A stretch of 32,394 nucleotides of DNA, counting the filler, from an uncultured virus (IMG/VR IMGVR_UViG_3300016486_001479) (lineage: Duplodnaviria; Heunggongvirae; Uroviricota; Caudoviricetes). It is 3 parts of one record of this genome, joined end to end, with 100 filler letters (N's around TTAATTAATTAA, not from the genome) between each part and the next. Parts side by side here need not be neighbours in the genome. Positions count along the whole stretch, not along the records: positions 11,158 to 32,394 come from IMGVR_UViG_3300016486_001479; 2 more parts are not named here. One strand, written 5' to 3'. This document shows positions 19,790 to 27,873 of this stretch, in pieces. Below the pieces are notes generated by a model that had not been told where the DNA came from, ran no database searches, and saw only the letters and a program-made list of their open reading frames with translations. The first letter of the stretch is position 1. Each line of letters begins with the position of its first letter. A program made the translations under genes and the position numbers.

Positions 19790-19874
19790 ATGCCTACAGC
19801 AGCAGGGTTACTCCTTATAAAGTGGAGTACTAGGTTTTTCCGTATACTTAGATTAATAAGAGACGCTATATTCT

Positions 19875-20474
19875 ATGAAAGGATTCAATTATAAAAAGGC
19901 AGTTCAATCTCTTGCCTTTCTAGCAAATCGCTTAGGAGGCGATAGTGGATTGAATAAAATGAAAGCCATTAAATTAATTTGGCTTTCGGATAGATTACAT
20001 CTCAATCGTTATGGTCGCACTATATCTGGAGATGTTTATTTTGCGCTACCATTCGGTCCAGTTCCATCTACAACAAGAGACCTGATGGAAGGATATGCGA
20101 ACTTAAGTGAAATAGAGAAATCATACTCCGAACTATATATATCATCAATAGACAAACATCACTATAAAGCTATAGAAGCGGGAGATAATTGCGTTTTCTC
20201 TCTGTCTGAGATTCAAGTATTACAAACAATTCTTGAGAATTATGGTTCTTGGGACCATTTCAAGTTGTCAGAATTCTCACACAAATTTCCTGAATGGAGG
20301 AAATATGAAGCAGCACTAAAGGGTCCAGGTCCATCTCGCTATGAAATTAGTTTGGAAACTTTTTTCGAGCAAGTGGAAAATGACCAAAGTGGATTATTCT
20401 CGGAATCAGAAGAGTATAAAGAACTTTCTAAGGAGATTTTTAGAGATAATGAAAAGCTAGCGCAGCTACTATAG
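19875..20474 (+). CDS. Panacea (DUF4065/SocA-like) antitoxin
   Basis: LNKMKAIKLIWLSDRLHLNRYGRTISGDVYFALPFGPVPS and LSEFSHKFPEW are typical DUF4065 signatures. Confidence 0.88.
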   Translation: MKGFNYKKAVQSLAFLANRLGGDSGLNKMKAIKLIWLSDRLHLNRYGRTISGDVYFALPFGPVPSTTRDLMEGYANLSEIEKSYSELYISSIDKHHYKAIEAGDNCVFSLSEIQVLQTILENYGSWDHFKLSEFSHKFPEWRKYEAALKGPGPSRYEISLETFFEQVENDQSGLFSESEEYKELSKEIFRDNEKLAQLL

Positions 20475-20478
20475 CTAG

Positions 20479-20661
20479 ATGCAATCAACCGAACTTCTGC
20501 TTCAAGGGTTAGCCGAAAAAAAGGTGTACTACTTCGCAAGTCAATCCATTAACTCCGCTGAACCGCATTATTGGATTGTAGTAAAGGTTAGTGAAAATCA
20601 AATAATCCATTTTGCGTGTTGTACTAGCCAATTTAAAAAAAGAAAGCTCTTCATGGGTTGA
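20479..20661 (+). pseudogene. Truncated putative cognate toxin (possibly PemK/MazF-like N-terminus)
   Basis: Starts 4 nt after the antitoxin stop; PHYWIVV..FACCTSQ resembles the PemK-like RPxxVV..xPxTS strand pattern; stops at 60 aa where endonuclease sequence resumes. Confidence 0.5.
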
Positions 20662-21514
20662 GAAGGGCTTTTCAGAGAAAGAAGCACTGGTTGAGATTGA
20701 TAATTTCAAATCTTCCAAAGCAACGTCTGAGAAAGGTTTTATAGAAAGACATGGAGAAAAGAAAGGGTTGAGCTTGTTTAAAGAGTTTCAAGATTCTTCA
20801 AAGCACACGAAAGAAAAGTATATTCAACAGCACGGAGAAGATAAAGGTAAAGATATGTGGGATAAGTACGTTGATGCAAAAAAAGAAACAAGCGTATTCA
20901 CTTCTAAACACTGGATTAATAAAGGATATAGCAAGGAGGATGCGGAAGAGATGAGAAAAAAGTTTCATACAGAAAATTTAAACACCTCTTCAGTGGATTA
21001 TTGGATATCAAAAGGCTTGTCAAAGAAAGAATCGATTAACAAAGTGGAGCAGATTTTTTTAAAGAAACAAGTACATTTCGGAAGAGCTTCTAAAGAGAGT
21101 CTTGTGTTTTTTCAACCGCTGTTTGATAAGTTTTCAAGCGAACTCGAAGTACTTGTGGGTATAGATGAGAGTAAGGAGTTAGGTATTTACGACGAATACT
21201 CCGCTTGCATGAGGTTTTATGATTTTTCTATTCCTGAGCGAAAAATCATAATTGAGTATCATGGCGAAAGATATCATCCAAACCCAGAAAGGCTAAGTAA
21301 GGAGGAGTGGAAAAATTGGGAATCTTGGAGATTAAAAGGCTCAGGTATTAATAGAGTTAAAATGTCTGCAGATGAAATACACAACATAGACCAGAGAAAG
21401 AAGGACTTAGCTTTAGAGAAAGGGTATAAATATTTAGAGCTTTGGAGCAGCTCAACTAAAGAGGTAAACAACGAGAAAGTAGAAGACTTTCTTCTTAAAA
21501 ACAATATAAAATGA
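20654..21514 (+). pseudogene. 3' part of a Vsr-like/EDxHD-type homing endonuclease
   Basis: Repeats WVEKGFSEKEA / WINKGYSKEDA / WISKGLSKKES, then FYDFSIPERKIIIEYHGERYH..DQRKKDLALEKGYKYLELW; no convincing start of its own; ATGA overlap with the C-intein gene. Confidence 0.75.
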
Positions 21515-21615
21515 AAGTAAAAAAAATAACACCAAGCAAAGTAAAGCCTACATGGGATTTAGCGGTACCAGGAGAGGAGCATTACATAATGGGGAACGGA
21601 TGCGTAAGTCATAAC
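21511..21615 (+). mobile_element. Split intein C-fragment
   Basis: Basic N-terminus; block F TWDLAV..HY; block G VSHN; Thr as the +1 residue. Confidence 0.92.
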
Positions 21616-22161
21616 ACAGCACAAATCCTAGGAAACAACGAATGTTTTGAGCCTTTTACTTCAAACATTTACGAGCGTAAAGTTCTTTCTGGAAACTTTG
21701 TATTGGTGAACCCTCACTTGGTTGAAAGATTAATCGAATTGAAAATCTGGGACTTTAATCTTAGAAATAAAATCATCGCTAACAGAGGCTCTGTCCAAGG
21801 AATCGATGAGATTCCAGAAGATATCCAGGATGTTTACAAAACTGTTTGGGAGATTAAGCAGAAAAATATTCTTGACATGGCAGCAGATAGAGGTGCATTT
21901 ATTTGTCAAAGTCAGTCTATGAATGTGTTTATTGACGAACCAGATTTTCAAAAATTAACCTCAATGCACTTCTATGGATGGAACAAAGGACTTAAGACTG
22001 GAATGTATTACTTACGGACAAAGCCTGCTGCAGATGCTATTCAGTTTACTGTGACAAAAAAAGCGCAAGAAGAACAATTAGACGAACCAACAGCTGATTA
22101 CGATGACCTACCTGCTAGACCAGAAGAAAGCGATTTTGATTGCTTTGGCTGTGGAGCATAA
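21511..22161 (+). CDS. nrdA: Split intein C-fragment (35 aa) fused to RNR alpha C-terminal part (181 aa)
   Basis: [24 protein letters not shown], then [32 protein letters not shown] and terminal CFGCGA. Confidence 0.95.
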   Translation: MKVKKITPSKVKPTWDLAVPGEEHYIMGNGCVSHNTAQILGNNECFEPFTSNIYERKVLSGNFVLVNPHLVERLIELKIWDFNLRNKIIANRGSVQGIDEIPEDIQDVYKTVWEIKQKNILDMAADRGAFICQSQSMNVFIDEPDFQKLTSMHFYGWNKGLKTGMYYLRTKPAADAIQFTVTKKAQEEQLDEPTADYDDLPARPEESDFDCFGCGA

Positions 22162-22172
22162 TTTTGATGTAT

Positions 22173-22204
22173 AAAAAGACCTTCCTTAGTGGGGGTCTTT
22201 TTTT
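22173..22204 (+). terminator. Intrinsic terminator after nrdA-C
   Basis: AAAAAGACCTTC / GGGGGTCTTTTTTT stem with G-U pairs and a U-tract. Confidence 0.8.
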
Positions 22205-22230
22205 ATAATTAAAAAAAATTCTCCATGCTC

Positions 22231-22258
22231 TGCAAATAACATCTTGATGTTATTTGCA
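22231..22258. repeat. Perfect inverted repeat with 13-bp arms, possible operator
   Basis: TGCAAATAACATC-TT-GATGTTATTTGCA in the intergenic region before ATG 22302. Confidence 0.7.
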
Positions 22259-22301
22259 AGAAGAATTAATATTATATCAATATAATTAAAAGTAAAAAAA
22301 C

Positions 22302-22646
22302 ATGAAAAACCTAAAATTAAATCACAGATACCTTGTGATAGAAGAGGAAGGAGATATTCAAGAATGGAAGGTTATTGAAATATCAAAGTTTGCCTACAAA
22401 ATCCAAGACAACACAGATTATTCTGACGAACAAGGAATAGGAGTCGATTGGGTTTTAAAAGAAACTCTAGCTGCTCAAAAATCTGTAAAGCTTCTTGAAG
22501 ATTTGGGCCTAGAGCTTCCCCACATCTTTAGCATCCCTAATTCGTACATCACAAACAACACAGGCACCCCGTACAACCCAACACCGCCATCCACCTGTAA
22601 CAACGATTTAGGAGACGGAGGATGCGGTGGAGATTGCGTATGTTAA
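22302..22646 (+). CDS. Hypothetical protein
   Basis: 114-aa ORF with A-rich start context; Cys/Gly-rich tail. Confidence 0.7.
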   Translation: MKNLKLNHRYLVIEEEGDIQEWKVIEISKFAYKIQDNTDYSDEQGIGVDWVLKETLAAQKSVKLLEDLGLELPHIFSIPNSYITNNTGTPYNPTPPSTCNNDLGDGGCGGDCVC

Positions 22647-22713
22647 GGATAATTTTGGTTTATGCTTTGGATTTGATTTAAGTGCTCTCATATTATTCCA
22701 TAACAATGAAGCA

Positions 22714-22953
22714 ATGAAAAAGATGAAAAACATAGCCAAGTACAAAAAACACCACTCTAAGAAGGCTGGCAAAAAAAGAACTGTTGCTGAACAAAAAGCA
22801 AGAAGCGTTGGATACTCTAATAAGCTTGCTAGAAAGAAAGGGAAAGAAGAGAAAGAATTCATGCAATTTTCTGAATTCATGAAATCAGCACGTAATCAGC
22901 AAACTGGAGGAGAAGAGTTTGTTCCTGATTTTGATAAACCAGAAAAAGAATAA
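22714..22953 (+). CDS. Small Lys-rich hypothetical protein
   Basis: MKKMKNIAKYKKHHSKK..; ATG 22714 preferred over the overlapping ORF-track start. Confidence 0.65.
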   Translation: MKKMKNIAKYKKHHSKKAGKKRTVAEQKARSVGYSNKLARKKGKEEKEFMQFSEFMKSARNQQTGGEEFVPDFDKPEKE

Positions 22954-22996
22954 ATCAATATTTGTTGCCATAATTATTGTTTGTTTCTCATTAATG

Positions 22997-23032
22997 AAGA
23001 CGCCTGAGCTCTACCGCCAGGCGTTTTTCTTT
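22997..23032 (+). terminator. Intrinsic terminator
   Basis: AAGACGCCTG / CAGGCGTTTT followed by TCTTT. Confidence 0.7.
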
Positions 23033-23056
23033 ACCTATTTATTGAAAAGCTATTAA

Positions 23057-23359
23057 ATGGACAAAGCAACGCATATATTAAAGTTGGTGAAAGAGGCGCT
23101 TTCTCAAATGCCTCCACAAGTCCCACAGCAGCAAGCTAGGAAACCTGAGACAGTTGTTCAGTTTGATTCTCAAACAGAATCACCGTTTGCAGTGGTATAT
23201 TCAGAAAGAGGATTTTCCATCGATGGAACCAGGTTAAGTTTTGAGACTTTAGAGGATGCAATCAGCAAACAATACACGCTTACACTGCAAAATGGAGAAG
23301 GCCTTGTGCTGGACGCTGTAGCGATGCAAAAGATACTCAAATACAAAACACTTTACTAA
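23057..23359 (+). CDS. Hypothetical protein, putative late gene
   Basis: 100-aa ORF with CTATTTA at 23035; TAATG coupling to the next gene. Confidence 0.75.
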   Translation: MDKATHILKLVKEALSQMPPQVPQQQARKPETVVQFDSQTESPFAVVYSERGFSIDGTRLSFETLEDAISKQYTLTLQNGEGLVLDAVAMQKILKYKTLY

Positions 23360-23763
23360 TGGACTTAGAACATTTGAGACACACGGTTAGAGGTTACTTA
23401 ATGGAGTTTATGACTCAGAAAGACTTAAACCAAGTAGAGGATTATGCTGATGACTTATTCAGAGATGTTGGGGTAGACATAGAGTTCACCCACCACTTCG
23501 TTGATAGACTCAACGACCCAAGGAATGGTAAAGAGATTGAATCTCAAGAGCTAGTAGATTTATTCACAAAGACTTATAGAAAATATGGGCAGAAGATTCC
23601 AAATTTTAAAAAAGGAACAGAAGCGGTTATTATTGATTTAAATTCCAATATCAATATCCCATTCGCATTAAACAAAACTGGGAAGGGCCAGTATGAATTA
23701 GTTAATCAAACAATCATGCGAAAGAAAAACTTTCACACCCCAGACATGAAGTTAAAGGTTTAA
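23359..23763 (+). CDS. Hypothetical phage protein with FTHHFVDRLNDPRN motif
   Basis: 134-aa coupled ORF; HFxDR helix and terminal TIMRK strand reminiscent of RelE/BECR-fold proteins. Confidence 0.75.
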   Translation: MDLEHLRHTVRGYLMEFMTQKDLNQVEDYADDLFRDVGVDIEFTHHFVDRLNDPRNGKEIESQELVDLFTKTYRKYGQKIPNFKKGTEAVIIDLNSNINIPFALNKTGKGQYELVNQTIMRKKNFHTPDMKLKV

Positions 23764-24176
23764 TTAGACAATTCTTCTAAGCGCTTTCTCTCTCTCCATG
23801 TCAGCTCGTCAATTCCATGGGCACTGATTTTATCTAAAATAATATCAAGCTCAGATAGAGTCTTGCTTGAATTTGAACTACATTTGTCACGCTCATTATG
23901 ATACTCTTCAATGAAATTATGGAGATGAGTTTGGTCAAAGCTGTTATCGACAAAGAAATCTTCTATGTTATTTTCGGAGATGTCAACTAATAAAAATCCT
24001 GGCTCTAATTCAAACTTTAAGGTATGAAGGACAGTTTTTTTAGTTCTATTAGCCAATAATATAAAAGTAGTAGAGTCCAACGGTATAAAAGACCTGCCGT
24101 CAGCTAGCTCAAAAAGCTTATCATAGACCTCTTTTTCGTTGTCTATACTCTTAAATTTTATTAAAAATAGCTTCAT
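23760..24176 (-). CDS. Hypothetical protein with C-terminal DUF6576-like helix pair
   Basis: ELDIILDKISAHGIDELTWRERKRLEELS; start placed at MKLFLIKF. Confidence 0.7.
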   Translation of the reverse strand: MKLFLIKFKSIDNEKEVYDKLFELADGRSFIPLDSTTFILLANRTKKTVLHTLKFELEPGFLLVDISENNIEDFFVDNSFDQTHLHNFIEEYHNERDKCSSNSSKTLSELDIILDKISAHGIDELTWRERKRLEELSN

Positions 24177-24213
24177 CTTATATATGTACGAAGATGAGTA
24201 AAAAAAGTTACGC

Positions 24214-25010
24214 ATGAACAAAAGACTAGATGTGTTTGATTACGACGACACTCTGACATACACACCTACATTCGCAGAGTATATGGACTCAGACGAAAAA
24301 GGGGTCATAGACCTTGGAGTTTCTGGAGACGGAGCTGATAATAAGTCTCAACTCCGAAAATCCAAGCATATATTCAATATGATTTTTGGTAAGGATGTTA
24401 TTTTTCAAGTGAAAGGTGATTTTATTATTGTCGTTGACGCTAGAAACGGACGCCCTCTTCCTGGCGCCCAGATGGGTATTATACAGGATAAAATAGATGA
24501 CGTGGTTGATTCAACTCCAGCGAAAGAGTTTACTCAACGCCACGGTGTCCGACGGAGTGAAATGAGAGACTTTCCTGGGGCTTTCACTGAAAAACAAGGG
24601 TATCTTACCGTAAAAGAAATTAAAGGCTTTCATAAGGACGATTCAACTATTGGGTCAAAAGTAAACGAAAAACTCATTTCTGCTTATAATGCCGCTCAAA
24701 ACAAGATGATTGTTACGGGCCGAGATGAAAAATTAAAAAAGCAATAGACATTACACTGCGATGGGCTAATTTAGAATATCCAAACAGAGGTTTACATTGT
24801 TTTCCAGGAGCAGGAAAAATCGGAATCCCAGAGTGGAAATCCACTGTCATCTTGAAAGAGATAGAAGAAGGTCAATATGACGAAGTTCATTTTTATGAGG
24901 ACAAAGCCAATTGGTTAAAAACTACTGAAGACAAGGTTAGGGAAGTTTTCCCGAATGTTAATTTCTTTGGACATCATGTTACAAACATTAGAGATTCTAG
25001 GACTATTTGA
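24214..25010 (+). CDS. HAD-superfamily phosphatase, split by a -1 frameshift at about 24740
   Basis: Motif I VFDYDDTL and motif II IVTGR in frame 0; motif III EWK and motif IV FYEDK in the -1 frame, which ends at TGA 25008-25010. Confidence 0.75.
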
Positions 25011-25021
25011 CATAATTATAA

Positions 25022-25053
25022 TTTGTTTTCTGATTATAATCGTGCTACCTTTG
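25022..25053 (+). promoter_or_regulatory. Bacteroidota-type housekeeping promoter
   Basis: TTTG-N20-TACCTTTG, 30 nt upstream of ATG 25084. Confidence 0.65.
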
Positions 25054-25083
25054 AAGAAGAAACAAAAAATTAAAGGTACAGGT

Positions 25084-25545
25084 ATGCCATCTCGCAGAAT
25101 TAAACCAAGAATTCCCCCTCAGGTTCAACTACCTTCTTTGGGAGAAACTATTCAATCACAAACTATTCAATCACAAACTGTTCAAGAACCAGTTGTTCAA
25201 GAACCAGCTGTTCAAGAACCAATTGTCGCCGATAAGCAACAGCCTGTGTCTCAGCCATCGTTAGTAACAGAGGAGCAATTTAACAGCGTTCCAGACACCG
25301 CTGAATCAAAGCCTTATGATGAAACTTATTACAGTTTAAGTTCTGAGAAACATGGGGAACTTGAGTTTGACCTGGTTTCGCATAGGCAGAGAGGGTTGGA
25401 AAAGAGGTATTTAAATGTTCGCATCAAAGGGATGAGGATGGACAAAAAAGAGGAAGGCGCTGTGGAATGCCTAATGAATGTAACAAGTAAAGAAGACTTT
25501 GAAGAGTTAAAAGAGTTCTTTGCGAATCTTAATTGGAACGATTAA
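25084..25545 (+). CDS. Hypothetical protein with Gln/Pro-rich disordered N-half
   Basis: MPSRRIKPRIPPQ..; start chosen downstream of the promoter motif. Confidence 0.7.
   Translation: MPSRRIKPRIPPQVQLPSLGETIQSQTIQSQTVQEPVVQEPAVQEPIVADKQQPVSQPSLVTEEQFNSVPDTAESKPYDETYYSLSSEKHGELEFDLVSHRQRGLEKRYLNVRIKGMRMDKKEEGAVECLMNVTSKEDFEELKEFFANLNWND
25145..25226 (+). repeat. 15-bp coding tandem repeat, about 5.5 units
   Basis: AAACTATTCAATCAC x2, AAACTGTTCAAGAAC, CAGTTGTTCAAGAAC, CAGCTGTTCAAGAAC, CAATTGT (TIQSQ/VQEP units). Confidence 0.85.
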
Positions 25546-25575
25546 GATTTATAGTGTTTACCAAACTTCGCGGCG

Positions 25576-26146
25576 ATGCAAAAAGAAAGAGAAAGTAGCT
25601 ATTATAAGGAATCAGTTTCCGTAAAAAGCTATTACAAAGACATTAAAAAGATAGAAGTCCTTAGTGGGGATGACCAAGTTAAACTGGCTGTCAAGGCTAA
25701 GGCTGGAGACGAGAAAGCATTTCATGACTTAACAAAGACTAATTTGAGATTTGTTATTTCTGTGGCAAAAGAATATCTATACAGCGGACTTCCTCTGGAG
25801 GATTTAATTTCAGAGGGTAATATCGGCCTTATGGAAGCTGTTAGCAGGTTTGATGAGACAAAGGGTTTTAAGTTTATTTCCTACGCCGTATGGTGGATTC
25901 GCCACGCACTTATAAAAGCGGTAAACGACCACTCTGGGAACATCAGGCTCCCTGTAAATCGAATCAACTCCATCAACAAGATTGTAAAAACAAAAGAAAA
26001 GCTTTACCAACGTTTAGGTCGAGAGCCTTCTGATGAAGAAATCTTAGCCGAGATAGATGAAATTACAGAAAGCGATATTAAAAGCTTTAACATCAATGGA
26101 AACTTCGAAGTTTCTATTGATGACCAGATAAAATCTGACTCACAAA
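25576..26146 (+). CDS. rpoD: RpoD/SigA-family sigma70 factor lacking region 1.1 (3' truncated at gap)
   Basis: NLRFVISVAKEY, DLISEGNIGLMEAVSRFD, GFKFISYAVWWIR, IRLPVN and LGREPS. Confidence 0.92.
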
Positions 26147-27030
26147 NNNNNNNNNNNNNNNNNNNNNNNNNNNNNNNNNNNNNNNNNNNNNNNNNNNNNN
26201 NNNNNNNNNNNNNNNNNNNNNNNNNNNNNNNNNNNNNNNNNNNNNNNNNNNNNNNNNNNNNNNNNNNNNNNNNNNNNNNNNNNNNNNNNNNNNNNNNNNN
26301 NNNNNNNNNNNNNNNNNNNNNNNNNNNNNNNNNNNNNNNNNNNNNNNNNNNNNNNNNNNNNNNNNNNNNNNNNNNNNNNNNNNNNNNNNNNNNNNNNNNN
26401 NNNNNNNNNNNNNNNNNNNNNNNNNNNNNNNNNNNNNNNNNNNNNNNNNNNNNNNNNNNNNNNNNNNNNNNNNNNNNNNNNNNNNNNNNNNNNNNNNNNN
26501 NNNNNNNNNNNNNNNNNNNNNNNNNNNNNNNNNNNNNNNNNNNNNNNNNNNNNNNNNNNNNNNNNNNNNNNNNNNNNNNNNNNNNNNNNNNNNNNNNNNN
26601 NNNNNNNNNNNNNNNNNNNNNNNNNNNNNNNNNNNNNNNNNNNNNNNNNNNNNNNNNNNNNNNNNNNNNNNNNNNNNNNNNNNNNNNNNNNNNNNNNNNN
26701 NNNNNNNNNNNNNNNNNNNNNNNNNNNNNNNNNNNNNNNNNNNNNNNNNNNNNNNNNNNNNNNNNNNNNNNNNNNNNNNNNNNNNNNNNNNNNNNNNNNN
26801 NNNNNNNNNNNNNNNNNNNNNNNNNNNNNNNNNNNNNNNNNNNNNNNNNNNNNNNNNNNNNNNNNNNNNNNNNNNNNNNNNNNNNNNNNNNNNNNNNNNN
26901 NNNTTGATTTTCAAGAAGAAACAGTTGAATTATGGAGTCCTCTTGATTTAGAAGCGAGGAGAAAAATGATTGAAGAATCATGGTTATAATTCCAAAAAAA
27001 GTTATACTTTTGGATTATAAATCAAAAATC

Positions 27031-27862
27031 ATGGATACATTGAATTTACAGCTCACAAAGTCCATCGTATTCATTAAGGCGCATACGACAGGGTTAAAGC
27101 CGAATTTGGATAGGATTGTACAACTCACAATCACTCGATACAACCCAGACGGCACACAAAAGACAGGGACAAGACTAATTAACCCCGAAATGCCCATCCC
27201 AGAGGAGGCATCAAGTAGGAACGGCATCACCGATGATATAGTGAGCAGTCAACCCACATTTTTCAGCATAGCTCAAAATCTTCACCGCTTTATTGGCGAT
27301 GCAGACATCGCGGGGGTTCAATGTTGAATTCGACCTCAACTTTTTAATGGAAGAGTTTGCAAGAGCAGGCCTTGCGTTTTCTTGTTCAGACCGAAACATC
27401 GTAGACCTACAGTCTATGTATCACCAGATATCTCCAAGAGACTTCATCCAGGCATCAGCGCAATTTGCGAATCAAGATTTCATGAGAGGAGCTCCGATTG
27501 GTAGCGAGGCCCACACCGTGAACTATGTCAAAATCCTTAATGGGATGATTGATAAACATCAAGGTCAAATAATTACAGACAAAAACGGAGTTGAAAAGTC
27601 ATTCAACAACAACACATCATCTATTTCTGAGACATTCGGAAAAGGAAAAGGCGCAGTTGATATGAAAGGGCAGCTTGTAAAAGACGACAGCGGAAAAATC
27701 AACCTGAACTTTGGAAAGTATAAAGGAAGACCATTGGATGAAATCGTTACAACAGATATGGGGTATATCACGTGGATGATAAATTCAGAAAAAACTCCTA
27801 GAGACACAAAAAACATCATTGAGAGTTTCATTAAAAAAATGAACACTCCTCAACCTCAATAA
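27031..27862 (+). CDS. DEDDh/DnaQ-like exonuclease fold with degenerate catalytic motifs and C-terminal FGKYKG domain; frameshift at G5 27312-27316
   Basis: TTGL..DRIVQL..LINPEMPIPEEAS..NGITD; IAG|FNVEFDL joins two ORFs if one G is removed; LNFGKYKG..GYITWM. Confidence 0.8.
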
Positions 27863-27873
27863 CAAACTAGAGA

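Noticed and set aside
19790..20653. Insert as an IS element or group I intron
   Set aside because: No transposase, terminal inverted repeats, exact target duplication or recognisable intron core; nearly all of it is coding
25145..25226. Tandem repeat as CRISPR array or iterons
   Set aside because: No spacers; 15-bp in-frame units encode a low-complexity linker
27312..27316. Frameshift splitting the DnaQ-like gene as possible programmed recoding or phase variation
   Set aside because: One extra G in a G5 run with no known slippery context; matches the homopolymer error pattern seen elsewhere
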